A stretch of DNA of 64,000 nt from an uncultured delta proteobacterium (GTDB taxonomy: Bacteria; Desulfobacterota; Desulfuromonadia; Geobacterales; Pseudopelobacteraceae): the NCBI GenBank assembly GCA_963772835.1, contig CAVYYZ010000002.1, positions 352,001 through 416,000 on the forward strand. The letters are read 5' to 3'. This document shows, in pieces, positions 34,360 through 43,374 of the stretch. Numbering within the stretch: the first letter of the stretch is position 1; each line of letters opens with the position of its first letter. Below the pieces are notes generated by a model that made no database searches, was not told the origin of the DNA, and was given only the letters and a program-made list of their open reading frames with translations. The position numbers and the translations under genes are program-made.

Positions 34360-35035
34360 ATGCAACGTAAAGCGGTAGTTTTGTATAGCAGCGGACTTGA
34401 CTCAACAACCTGTATGGCAATCGCCAGAGCGGAGGGATTTATCCCTTACGCCATCAGTTTTTCCTACGGCCAGCGACACAGCTTCGAACTGTCGGTTGCG
34501 CGGCAGAATGCCAAAAGGATAGGTGCAGAGGAACATCTGGTGGTCGATTTTGATCTTCGTCTCATGGGCGGCAGCGCCCTGACAGCTGATATAGAGGTAC
34601 CGAAAGACGGCATCGGTTCTGATATACCGGTCACCTACGTGCCGGCCCGCAACACAATTTTTCTCTCATTTGCCCTCGGCTGGGCCGAAGTACTCGGTGC
34701 TTCCGATATCTTTATCGGCGTCAACGCCCTCGATTACTCCGGTTATCCCGACTGTCGGCCTGAGTACATTCAGGCGTATGAGAAGATGGCAAATCTTGCG
34801 ACAAGGGCAGGTGTTGAAGGGACATCGAAGTTCAAAGTGCATGCTCCGCTGATCGACATGAGCAAGGCAGATATCATCCTGCGCGGAATGGAGTTGGGAG
34901 TGGATTACGCCTTGACTCATTCCTGCTACGATCCGACCCCGGACGGGCTCTCATGCGGCCGGTGCGACTCCTGCCGTCTGCGCCTGAAAGGGTTTTGCCG
35001 AGGCGGGGTTGAGCGACCCGCTCAGGTATGTGTAG
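34360..35035 (+). CDS. queC: 7-cyano-7-deazaguanine synthase; +1 frameshift at T-run 34993-34996 (uncorrected ORF runs to 35070)
   Basis: [24 protein letters not shown]...CGRCDSC; removing one T restores [14 protein letters not shown]. Confidence 0.93.
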
Positions 35036-35256
35036 AGCTTGATATTTTCATAGCCGGAAGATCACCATAACATGTTCACATTGTCCGGTTAATCAGGTCT
35101 CTTCGTGGTGACTTTCGGTACCTCCTGTTGCTTTAATCGGTAATTCAGTTGCTATTTATCTGGCTGCACTGTATATGGGATTTGTTTTTTTAATTTAATG
35201 GATGTTCATCTTGAGGGGGCGTTGAAGCATGGATCACAGCGCCCGACAAAGATCCG

Positions 35257-35297
35257 AAACCACTCACACCGGCAGCCAGCTGATGGGTGGTTTTTTT
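35257..35297 (+). terminator. Terminator-like hairpin upstream of the 117-aa gene
   Basis: AAACCAC-TCA...TGA-TGGGTGGTTT followed by T-run. Confidence 0.45.
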
Positions 35298-35321
35298 GTT
35301 ATCTTTCCATGAGGTAATGCC

Positions 35322-35675
35322 ATGCTAAAGGATATGAAAGCGCACACCCACCTGAAGCCGGGGCAGAAAGGTACCAGGAGATTGGTGGAGCAGTTCGGAG
35401 ACAAGCTGCTATGTGTGAGGTATCGGTACGACGAGATTCGACAGGTCGGAATGAAGACTGTCGAAATTATAGTGGATGAACGACCGTGCAAGCCACCCGT
35501 GCGGTATCGAGACCAGGACATTGTTGCCGTGATGGTGCAGTTTACCGGGCATGCGATTCGGGGCAAGCTGAAGGCAGCGCATGGGCGTTGGGATCCTGAA
35601 GAAAAACTCTGGCGGGTTGCTTTTGGCGCAATCCGGGGCGATGCAGAATTGGAAGAGCGGATTTTGCCGGACTAG
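35322..35675 (+). CDS. Hypothetical 117-aa protein at the head of the cassette array
   Basis: GAGG RBS; LKPGQKGT...CVRYRYD...KTVEIIVDE; C-terminal LKAAHGRWDPEEKLW resembles DUF5710/HARP-like motifs. Confidence 0.8.
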   Translation: MLKDMKAHTHLKPGQKGTRRLVEQFGDKLLCVRYRYDEIRQVGMKTVEIIVDERPCKPPVRYRDQDIVAVMVQFTGHAIRGKLKAAHGRWDPEEKLWRVAFGAIRGDAELEERILPD

Positions 35676-35690
35676 CAGCGAGCAGTTTTG

Positions 35691-35835
35691 CAATAAGTTA
35701 CCTATATAAGTAACTTATTGATAACAGATTGAGACAGAAAAAACCGGCAAAAGCTGCTTATATAAGCAACCACAATGTTCCCTATATAGGTAGCCAATTA
35801 CTTATATAAGGAACATGTTCCTTATATACGGAAAC
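35691..35835. repeat. Five 18-bp imperfect palindromes GTTnCyTATATArGnAAC
   Basis: Units start at 35697, 35753, 35777, 35797 and 35817; the first extends to a 30-bp palindrome 35691-35720. Confidence 0.9.
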
Positions 35836-35855
35836 CGGTGATTAACGAGTTATAC
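35836..35855 (+). other. attI-like insertion site (core G|TTATAC at 35849-35855)
   Basis: GTT core exactly complementary to R'' GTATAAC of attC1; no attC hairpin upstream of it. Confidence 0.7.
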
Positions 35856-35883
35856 CACCAAAAGAAAGAGGAGGATTAACGGC

Positions 35884-36435
35884 ATGAAAAAATCAAACAG
35901 AAGTACAATTGGGCGAATCAGTAGTTTAGTAGCACTCTTGATTGTTGCATTAATTATGGCAGGTTGCGCTTCTGCACCCGTGCCACGCCCTGTGCTCACA
36001 GACATACCACCATTGGAGAATGGGTTGAGCCGAGTGAAGATAACCTCTGGAAAATTAAGTTGGGCAAGGTTGTGGACGACTGAACAACTCGGCCCTGTCT
36101 TTGTCAATGGCCAGTCTGTGTGGGATGCGGCTAAAGATGAATATGCCATAATCGATTTATCTCCAGGTACATATGATCTCTCTTGGACTCCAAGAGCTTC
36201 AGATAAAATTTACACCGAAAAACGTCCATTCACTTTCAGAGCAGGTGAAACTCGGCACTTCGCTTGTGACATGGATACCAAAGGTGCTGGTATGTATTTT
36301 GGATTAGTTGGCGCACTAGCCTCCGATTATCTCTATAAAACATATTTGGAAGAACGACCAATGGACAACCCAGACAGCATCCCAGTCACATACAGGCGAT
36401 TCAATAACTCGTTATCCCCATCACCCAATAAATAA
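35884..36435 (+). CDS. Cassette 1 lipoprotein (possibly DUF2846-like)
   Basis: GAGGAGG RBS, lipobox MAGC, VFVNGQ...LSPGTYDL. Confidence 0.78.
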   Translation: MKKSNRSTIGRISSLVALLIVALIMAGCASAPVPRPVLTDIPPLENGLSRVKITSGKLSWARLWTTEQLGPVFVNGQSVWDAAKDEYAIIDLSPGTYDLSWTPRASDKIYTEKRPFTFRAGETRHFACDMDTKGAGMYFGLVGALASDYLYKTYLEERPMDNPDSIPVTYRRFNNSLSPSPNK

Positions 36436-36467
36436 AAACATCGCACTGAATAGAGGAGAAAACCAAA

Positions 36468-36689
36468 ATGATCACAATTACTGACGATGTAAAAGCCTGC
36501 GTAGCCGAACTATCCGCAGCCGTTGAAGAAGAAGAAAAAGCGATCAAAGTATTGTCGGAGCTGGCTGCAAGCGGCTGCAAGGACAATGAGTTGCTTAATT
36601 CGAAAATTAAAGAAATGACGGCTGCGCATAATAGAAAAATGGACCTCATGGAGAGGAAGGAAAGTTTTCATAAAGCCAATCAGAGTTAA
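36468..36689 (+). CDS. Cassette 1 small helical hypothetical protein
   Basis: AGGAG RBS, 73 aa with coiled-coil-like composition. Confidence 0.6.
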   Translation: MITITDDVKACVAELSAAVEEEEKAIKVLSELAASGCKDNELLNSKIKEMTAAHNRKMDLMERKESFHKANQS

Positions 36690-36879
36690 CCAAATCATAG
36701 AGTGGTTTTGCACTTGCCAATAATTCTGCCTGTAATGCGGCGATTCTTGCTGTTTCTTCAGAGGCTACTACACCATGAGTATCGACAATAATAATGGGGT
36801 CAAGCGTGAGCCTAAGATTGTCCTCGTGTGCTTTGTTGACAGCATCTCGTAGAGTTTTACCGGTTTCGTTTAATCTCAT
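36646..36879 (-). CDS. Cassette 1 antisense hypothetical protein
   Basis: AGGAGG RBS on minus strand; 77 aa; 3' end overlaps the previous ORF. Confidence 0.5.
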   Translation of the reverse strand: MRLNETGKTLRDAVNKAHEDNLRLTLDPIIIVDTHGVVASEETARIAALQAELLASAKPLYDLVNSDWLYENFPSSP

Positions 36880-36953
36880 TTCATCCTCCTGATCTCACCC
36901 GAGAGGGTGGCCAAGTGATGAGGTTACACTAGCCTTTAAAACGAAAAAGACAA

Positions 36954-37012
36954 GTATAACCAACGCCTTGCACCGGCCTGAAAACCGCCGGTGAAGGCTC
37001 ACCACGTTAGTC
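36954..37012 (+). other. attC site 1 (59 bp)
   Basis: R'' GTATAAC; GCCTT(G)CACCGGC / GCCGGTGAAGGC stem with one extrahelical base; R' GTTAGTC. Confidence 0.92.
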
Positions 37013-37041
37013 AGATGAATGAAATCCAGAGGTGTATGTCG

Positions 37042-37668
37042 ATGCGCACGCTGACAAACAACTCCTTAGCAGAAAAATTACTATTCCTGCCAGGGGCATC
37101 AGGGAATACCCAATTCTGGAAGCCCGTAAGCGATGGCTTGCATCATCCGGGTCAACGCGAGTTCTTTGCCTGGCCGGGTTTTGGTGGAGTGCCTCCGGAA
37201 TCAGACGTGAATAGCATTGATGATCTGGTTGAGCGAGTTTCGGCATCGATTTCAGTTCCAGTTGATTTGCTTGCCCAATCAATGGGTGGCATCATCGCAA
37301 TACGTGCTGCTCTTCAGAAACCCGCCTTGGTCAAACACATGGTACTGTCTGTCACATCTGGAGGGCTTGACGTTGCGTCCTTAGGGGCCACGGATTGGCG
37401 GCACACATTTCGGGAGCTTAATTCAACACTACCCAGTTGGTTTGAAAATGAGAGAGTTGACTTGACCACTAGGCTTGGAGAGCTTCCATTTCCTGTCCTG
37501 TTGCTCTGGGGAGATGCGGACCCGATAAGTCCTGTCGCGGTCGGACGGCGGCTTGCTGAATTACTTCCGAGAGCAGAACTTGTCATAGTCAAAAACGGAA
37601 CACATGATCTCGTCTCCGATCGCACAAATGAAATAATCCCCTACATCGAAAAGCACCTTGCTTTATGA
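37042..37668 (+). CDS. Cassette 2 alpha/beta hydrolase
   Basis: FLPGASG, AQSMGG nucleophile elbow, WGDADP, GTH; GAGGTG RBS. Confidence 0.88.
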   Translation: MRTLTNNSLAEKLLFLPGASGNTQFWKPVSDGLHHPGQREFFAWPGFGGVPPESDVNSIDDLVERVSASISVPVDLLAQSMGGIIAIRAALQKPALVKHMVLSVTSGGLDVASLGATDWRHTFRELNSTLPSWFENERVDLTTRLGELPFPVLLLWGDADPISPVAVGRRLAELLPRAELVIVKNGTHDLVSDRTNEIIPYIEKHLAL

Positions 37669-37686
37669 GCAGTTCAATAACAGAGC

Positions 37687-37750
37687 GGCTAACACGCGCC
37701 TGCACGTGCCCGCAAAGGCCCGCGTCACGTGAGGCGCTGAACCGCTGGAA
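37687..37750 (+). other. attC site 2 (64 bp, variant R' GCTGGAA)
   Basis: R'' GGCTAAC; GCGCCT(G)CACGTG / CACGTGAGGCGC stem with extrahelical base. Confidence 0.85.
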
Positions 37751-37784
37751 AATTAATCGGATAATTACAGAGGCAAGTGAAAGC

Positions 37785-37987
37785 ATGAAACTGAACATAA
37801 TTATTTCAGCTATTTTTTAATTTTTGGGTTTGTGGCGGCAACACAATATTATTCAGAAGGTTTTGTTTCAGGAAAAAGTGGTTACAAAATATACGGTTAC
37901 CCGGCATTGATAATAATCATACTATTTGTTGGTATAGGGGCATTTGGCATTTATTATTCATATAGGAATTTACGCCGTAAGCAGTGA
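37785..37987 (+). pseudogene. Cassette 3 small two-TM protein, frameshifted in a T6 run (about 37813-37818)
   Basis: Adding one T gives 67-aa MKLNIIISAIFLIFGFVAA...IIIILFVGIGAFGIYYSYRNLRRKQ. Confidence 0.55.
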
Positions 37988-38039
37988 TACGCCGTAGTCA
38001 TTGATTTTGAACACAGAAAACTATCTTGGTGAACAAATC

Positions 38040-38342
38040 CTATGCAGCCATCAAAAGTGGCTGTACTTGTTGCATCCTCTGTACCATCGCTTTTTGAGCG
38101 GTCTTAAGGTCATAGCTGGTTTGCAAGTTCATCCAGTAGTTAGGTGTCTGACCGAATACTTTGCCGAAAAGAACAGCCAGCTCTGCAGTAACAGGCCGCG
38201 AGCCTTTGATAACATGAGATATTCGCATGGGTGAAACGCCAATTGCATGAGCAAAAGCATTTTGCGACATGCCAAGTTCATCAAGTATTTCCTTCAGGAA
38301 TATTCCGGGATGAATAGGGGGAAGCCCGTTTTTGATAGCCAT
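38040..38342 (-). CDS. higA: HigA-family antitoxin (HTH)
   Basis: PPIHPGIFL, RPVTAELA, YWMNLQTSYDL. Confidence 0.95.
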   Translation of the reverse strand: MAIKNGLPPIHPGIFLKEILDELGMSQNAFAHAIGVSPMRISHVIKGSRPVTAELAVLFGKVFGQTPNYWMNLQTSYDLKTAQKAMVQRMQQVQPLLMAA

Positions 38343-38352
38343 AATGTTTCTC

Positions 38353-38634
38353 CTAATGGTAGTCGGTTATTTCAACTTCGGATGCTTCACCGTTGACAAA
38401 TCGAAAGCATATTCGCCACTGGTCATTAATCCTGATACTCCACTGCCCCGCCCTATCACCGGAAAGAGTTTCAAGGCGGTTGGACGGAGGTGTCAGCAAA
38501 TCCGTAGCTTCGCATGCACTGTCTAATTGCGTCAAACGCATGATCGAACGGGCGATGATTTCCGGAGGAAGTTTTTTAGACTTCCCTGTCGTAAAGAGTT
38601 TTTCAGTTTCTTTGTTTGCGAATGACGAAATCAT
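38353..38634 (-). CDS. higB: HigB (RelE-like) toxin
   Basis: MISSFANKETEKLF, PPSNRLETLSGDRAGQWSIRINDQWRICF, DYH end. Confidence 0.95.
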   Translation of the reverse strand: MISSFANKETEKLFTTGKSKKLPPEIIARSIMRLTQLDSACEATDLLTPPSNRLETLSGDRAGQWSIRINDQWRICFRFVNGEASEVEITDYH

Positions 38635-38640
38635 GAACAC

Positions 38641-38669
38641 AATATAAACAATTTGTTTACGCAGGTCAA
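38641..38669 (-). promoter_or_regulatory. higBA promoter with palindromic operator
   Basis: TTGACC-17 bp-TATATT on minus strand; TAAACA-N3-TGTTTA palindrome at 38645-38659. Confidence 0.75.
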
Positions 38670-38709
38670 GTCCTAAAGAAAATGAAACAGAGTGTGAGGA
38701 ATACCGAAC

Positions 38710-38779
38710 TTCCAACTAGCGGCACGACCCGACCGCCCGAAGAACCGGTCGGACGGGTCAGCCTTATGAACCGCTGAAC
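38710..38779 (+). other. attC site 3 (70 bp, variant R' GCTGAAC)
   Basis: R'' TTCCAAC complementary to cassette start G(C)TGGAA; GGC..GACCCG / CGGGTC.GCC stem. Confidence 0.75.
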
Positions 38780-38846
38780 ATAAAGAGATTCTGTCATGAT
38801 ATCAAAACTATAGTTCAACCAAGCGCGGCATACTCATATACGTATA

Positions 38847-38880
38847 AAAAAGGCGCACTCCGCAAAGAGTGCGCCTTTTG
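38847..38880 (-). terminator. Intrinsic (bidirectional-looking) terminator of pta
   Basis: AAAAAGGCGCACTC-CGCAAA-GAGTGCGCCTTTT. Confidence 0.85.
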
Positions 38881-38901
38881 TCGTTAATGCAACTATTGGA
38901 G

Positions 38902-39922
38902 CTACCCCTGTGCCGCCTGCACCGCTGTGATTGCAACCACGTTGACGATGTCATCCACCGAACAGCCGCGCGAGAGGTCGTTGACCGGTTTGGCAAGACC
39001 CTGGATGATCGGGCCGACCGCTTCGGCTTCGGCGACACGCTCAACAAGCTTGTAGCCGATATTCCCCGAATCGAGATTCGGAAAGATCAGGACATTTGCC
39101 TTGCCGGCTACCGGGCTGCCGGGGGCCTTTTTACCGCCGACACTCGGCAGCAGAGCGGCATCAGCCTGAAGTTCACCGTCGATCTGCAGATCAGGTTTCA
39201 GCTGCTTGGCAATTGCCATGGCTTTGGTCACTTTATCCACATCGGGATGCGAGGCACTCCCCTTGGAGGAGAAGGATAGCATCGCCACGCGGGCCTCAAC
39301 ATCAAGAAACGCCTTGCAGTTTCCGGCAGTGGCCACGGCGATTTCGGCCAGCGCCTGGGCATCCGGATCCGGATTGACGGCACAGTCTGCGAAGAGAATG
39401 ATGCCGTTTTCACCGAAGAAATGATTCTTGGTGATCATCAGAAAAAATGAGGACACCGTCTTGATACCGGCGGCAGGGCCAACCGTCTGAAAGGCAGCCT
39501 TGAGCACGTTTCCCGTGGTGTTTGTGGCACCTGCAACCTCTCCGCCTGCATCCCGGGAATGTACCATCATACCGGCATAATAGAGGTTATCCGGTGCGGT
39601 CAACAGGGTACGGGCCTCATCGGTGGTTATGACTTTACCTCTGCTTTTGCGCAGCTCAACAAATTCGGACACGTATTGGTCCAAGTTTCGGAGATGTCGC
39701 CGGATTTATCAGCTCGACGCCGGAGAGATTTATTCCTTTTTCAGCGGCTTCGGCCAGAATTTTTTCCTGGTCGCCAAGAATTATGATCTTTGCCAGCTTT
39801 TCGTTGATAATGGTTTCTGCTGCGTACAACATCCGCTCATCGTAACTTTCAGGCAGCACAACGATTTGCTGATGTCTTTTGGCTTTTTCCTTGATCTGGT
39901 CAACAAGATGCATGGTGTGCAT
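38902..39922 (-). CDS. pta: Phosphate acetyltransferase, split by a +1 frameshift near 39682
   Basis: N-part IVVLPESYDERM and C-part FADCAVNP, DGELQADAA, DLSRGCS rejoin when one base is removed. Confidence 0.93.
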
Positions 39923-39986
39923 ATTCAGCCTCCTCAAAATATAAAACGATGTGTGCTTATAACTGAAAGATCCATCACCGGTCAAT

Positions 39987-40013
39987 AAAAAAAGCCTGAT
40001 TTCTCAGGCTTTT
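39987..40013 (-). terminator. Terminator after trpB
   Basis: AAAAAAGCCTGA-TTTC-TCAGGCTTTT. Confidence 0.75.
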
Positions 40014-40040
40014 AGCGATGCTTAATGTCTTATATCAGAG

Positions 40041-41231
40041 CTAAAATTCAAACCCCAACGCCTCGGCAACCGTATGCATATCCTTGTCACCGCGACCGGA
40101 GAGACAAACGACAATGGTCGTGTCTTTACTCAGCATCGGAGCCATTTTCATGACCTGCGCAATGGCGTGAGAAGATTCGAGAGCAGGGATAATCCCTTCC
40201 TCACGGGTCAACGTGCTGAATCCCTCCAACGCCTCGTCGTCAGTGATAGAGACATATTCAGCACGACCGCTGTCCTTAAGCCATGAATGTTCTGGACCGA
40301 CCCCTGGATAGTCAAGCCCGGCCGAGATGGAGTGGGCGTGGGTAATCTGCCCGTGGCGATCCTGCAGAAGATAGGTCCTGTTGCCGTGAAGAATGCCGGG
40401 CGATCCGGCACAAAGCGGAGCGGCATGTTTGCCGGACTCGATACCATAGCCGGAGGCTTCAACACCTACCAACCGGACGCTGCGGTTATTCAGAAACGGG
40501 TAAAACAACCCCATGGCATTACTGCCGCCGCCGACTGAGGCCACAAGGTAATCGGGGAGGCGCCCTTCGACTTTTTTATGCTGCCGCTTTACCTCCGTGC
40601 CGATCACCGACTGAAAGTCACGCACCATCATCGGATACGGGTGCGGTCCCGCCACAGTGCCGATCACATAAAAAGTTTCATGTATGGTGGTGACCCAGTT
40701 GCGCATCGCTTCATTCATGGCGTCCTTCAACGTAGCGGTACCGGCGGTTACCGGCGTCACTGTGGCCCCCAGCAGCTTCATACGGAACACATTCTGCGCC
40801 TGGCGGCGGGTATCCTCTTCCCCCATAAAAACTTCGCACGTCATTCCGAACAGAGCAGCGATCGTGGCGGTTGCCACACCATGCATTCCTGCGCCGGTTT
40901 CAGCAATGACCCGTTTCTTTCCCATCCGTCTGGCCAGAAGCCCCTGACCGATAGTGTTGTTTATTTTGTGTGCACCGGTATGGTTCAAATCCTCGCGCTT
41001 GAGGTAGATCCGTGCTCCCCCCAGTCTTTTTGTAAGTTTTTCAGCAAAATAGAGCGGGTTGGGGCGGCCGACATACTGGCGCAGATAATACGTAAACTCC
41101 TGCTTGAACTCCTTGTCATTGCGATACTGCAGATAGGCTTTTTCCAGTTCCAGCAGCGCAGGCATGAGGGTTTCCGGGACGTAACGCCCGCCATACTGGC
41201 CGAAATGGCCTTGCTTATCCGGTAATTTCAT
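40041..41231 (-). CDS. trpB: Tryptophan synthase beta chain (type 1)
   Basis: [39 protein letters not shown]. Confidence 0.98.
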   Translation of the reverse strand: MKLPDKQGHFGQYGGRYVPETLMPALLELEKAYLQYRNDKEFKQEFTYYLRQYVGRPNPLYFAEKLTKRLGGARIYLKREDLNHTGAHKINNTIGQGLLARRMGKKRVIAETGAGMHGVATATIAALFGMTCEVFMGEEDTRRQAQNVFRMKLLGATVTPVTAGTATLKDAMNEAMRNWVTTIHETFYVIGTVAGPHPYPMMVRDFQSVIGTEVKRQHKKVEGRLPDYLVASVGGGSNAMGLFYPFLNNRSVRLVGVEASGYGIESGKHAAPLCAGSPGILHGNRTYLLQDRHGQITHAHSISAGLDYPGVGPEHSWLKDSGRAEYVSITDDEALEGFSTLTREEGIIPALESSHAIAQVMKMAPMLSKDTTIVVCLSGRGDKDMHTVAEALGFEF

Positions 41232-41844
41232 GGTGCAGACTCCTTGTCGCTCTGATGAAACAATTAACCAACCCGGCATCTTTTTTCCCCGGCGCACTTT
41301 CCACTCCGCTGGAAACATCAACCGCATACGGCTTGACAGTAGCTACCGCCTCGGCGACATTTTCCGGAGTCAGCCCTCCGGCAAGAATGATGCAGTTTGA
41401 TGCAGCCGCCCTGGCAGCGATCTCCCAGTTGAAGGTCGTACCGGTACCGCCATGTGCCGATGGCGACCAGGCATCCAGCAGGCAGGCGGCAACTTGATAA
41501 TCGGGTATGATATCCAGACTGGAAGCATCTTTCACCCGGAACGCCTTGATAATTCTGCGATTAACGGCAGAACAATAATCCGCAGATTCTTCGCCGTGGA
41601 GCTGTACCAGATCCAGACCGCACCGGTCAGCTGTTGAATTGACCGTTACCGACTCCTCGTTGACGAACAGTCCGACCGTCTGCACAAAAGAGGGAAGGCA
41701 GCGGATGATGGCAGCAGCCTGTTCGGGAGAAATGAAGCGGGGAGAGCGCTGAAAGAAGACGAAGCCGAGAGCATCAGCTCCGGCTTCGACCGCCATCAGG
41801 GCATCTTCAAGGTTGGTTATGCCGCATATTTTAATTTTTACCAC
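41215..41844 (-). CDS. trpF: Phosphoribosylanthranilate isomerase
   Basis: KICGIT, QLHGEE, GGTG, LAGGL, DVSSGVE. Confidence 0.97.
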   Translation of the reverse strand: MVKIKICGITNLEDALMAVEAGADALGFVFFQRSPRFISPEQAAAIIRCLPSFVQTVGLFVNEESVTVNSTADRCGLDLVQLHGEESADYCSAVNRRIIKAFRVKDASSLDIIPDYQVAACLLDAWSPSAHGGTGTTFNWEIAARAAASNCIILAGGLTPENVAEAVATVKPYAVDVSSGVESAPGKKDAGLVNCFIRATRSLHHEITG

Positions 41845-41854
41845 TGAAATGCCT

Positions 41855-41981
41855 CACCTCAGAAGTACGGAGAAACTGAGAAAACCGGGGGGAACAGCTG
41901 ATACGGCTTCCTGGTTTTCAAAATAAACGGCATTGATACTCCCTTTATTGTCTTTCTCCGTGCCTCCGTGTCTCCGTGGTG
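41855..41981. repeat. Palindromic intergenic element with ACACGGAG-like 8-nt units
   Basis: Right arm TTTCTCCGTGCCTCCGTGTCTCCGTGGTG; degenerate left arm; AT-rich loop. Confidence 0.65.
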
Positions 41982-41991
41982 GATATGTAAT

Positions 41992-43347
41992 TTACAGATG
42001 TATCTTCGGCAGCCGTTCCAGAGCGGCTTTTACCATTGCATCCGGATATTCGTAATCTTCCAGATTGCCGGAAAGATATGAATCGTACGCTCCCATATCA
42101 AGCTGACCATGACCGGAAAGACCGAAAAGAATGGTTTTTTCCTTACCCTCTTCCTTCGCCAGTACCGCCTCGTCAATGGCCGCCCTCACTGCGTGGGAAG
42201 ATTCGGGGGCCGGCACGATCCCTTCGCTGCGGGCAAACAGAAGTGCCCCCTCGAAACAGGCATTCTGCCTGTAGGACTTTGCTTCGATCTGCCCTGCATG
42301 GTACAGCTGCGAGACCAGCGGTGATTCACCATGATAACGCAGACCGCCGGCGTGTATGCCGGGAGGCATAAAGTCGTGCCCCAGCGTGTACATCATGGCA
42401 ATGGGTGCCATTTTGGCAGTATCACCGTAATCAAAGGCGTACACCCCTTTTGTCAGGGTCGGACAGGATGCCGGTTCGACCGCGACACAGCGGACATTCT
42501 TACCGGCGGCGCGATCGGCAATGAAAGGGAATGCCAGACCGGCAAAGTTGGATCCGCCGCCGCAGCAGGCGATGACGACATCAGGATAGTCACCCGCGAT
42601 CTTGAACTGCGCCTGGGCTTCCTGACCGATGATAGTCTGATGCAGACAGACATGATTGAGTACGCTCCCAAGGGCGTAGTTGGTATCGGCATGGGTGGCG
42701 GCATCCTCCACCGCTTCCGAAATGGCGATGCCGAGGCTGCCGGGACAGTCCGGGTCATGGGCCAGGATCGAGCGGCCCGAGTTGGTGAACTCCGAAGGTG
42801 AAGGGATGACCTGTGCCCCCCATAATTGCATCATGCTCTTGCGGTACGGCTTCTGGCTGCAGGAAATCTTGACCATGTAGATCGTACATTCCAGACCGAA
42901 CATTGAGCAGGCGAGAGCAAGTGAACTTCCCCACTGCCCGGCTCCGGTCTCGGTAGCCAGACGGCGGATACCTGCCTGTTTATTGTAGTAGGCCTGGGGA
43001 ATCGCTGAATTCGGTTTGTGCGATCCTGCCGGCGAGACACCTTCATATTTGTAATATATCTTTGCCGGTGTGCCGAGCGCCTTTTCCAGGCGGTGGGCGC
43101 GGAACAGCGGCGATGGCCGCCAGAGTTTGTATATTTCACGGACCTCATCAGGGATATCAATCCAGCGCTGCATCGACATCTCCTGCTCTATAAGGGCCAT
43201 CGGGAAAATAGCCAGCATTTCGTCCGGAGTGACCGGCTGCATGGTCCGGGGGCTGATAACGGGCGCCAACGGGCCGGGCATATCCGGTATGATATTGTAC
43301 CACTGACGCGGAATCTGGTCTTCTGGCAGCAGGATTTTGGTGGTCAT
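41992..43347 (-). CDS. trpB2: TrpB-like PLP enzyme (type 2 tryptophan synthase beta)
   Basis: [35 protein letters not shown]. Confidence 0.95.
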   Translation of the reverse strand: MTTKILLPEDQIPRQWYNIIPDMPGPLAPVISPRTMQPVTPDEMLAIFPMALIEQEMSMQRWIDIPDEVREIYKLWRPSPLFRAHRLEKALGTPAKIYYKYEGVSPAGSHKPNSAIPQAYYNKQAGIRRLATETGAGQWGSSLALACSMFGLECTIYMVKISCSQKPYRKSMMQLWGAQVIPSPSEFTNSGRSILAHDPDCPGSLGIAISEAVEDAATHADTNYALGSVLNHVCLHQTIIGQEAQAQFKIAGDYPDVVIACCGGGSNFAGLAFPFIADRAAGKNVRCVAVEPASCPTLTKGVYAFDYGDTAKMAPIAMMYTLGHDFMPPGIHAGGLRYHGESPLVSQLYHAGQIEAKSYRQNACFEGALLFARSEGIVPAPESSHAVRAAIDEAVLAKEEGKEKTILFGLSGHGQLDMGAYDSYLSGNLEDYEYPDAMVKAALERLPKIHL

Positions 43348-43374
43348 GATTCCTCCGGTTGAAAGGGAATATCG

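Larger units (their letters stand above)
35849..38830 (+). mobile_element. Integron gene-cassette array lacking an adjacent intI (CALIN-like)
   Basis: Three full attC sites plus one truncated; AT-rich cargo including a HigBA module. Confidence 0.88.

Noticed and set aside
35036..35321. intI integrase or remnant upstream of the array
   Set aside because: No ORF and no recognisable tyrosine-recombinase motif (e.g. HxLRHS, YTHV) by eye; a heavily decayed remnant cannot be excluded.
35691..35835. CRISPR array
   Set aside because: Units are 18 bp and degenerate, gaps are 2-38 nt, and there are no cas genes.
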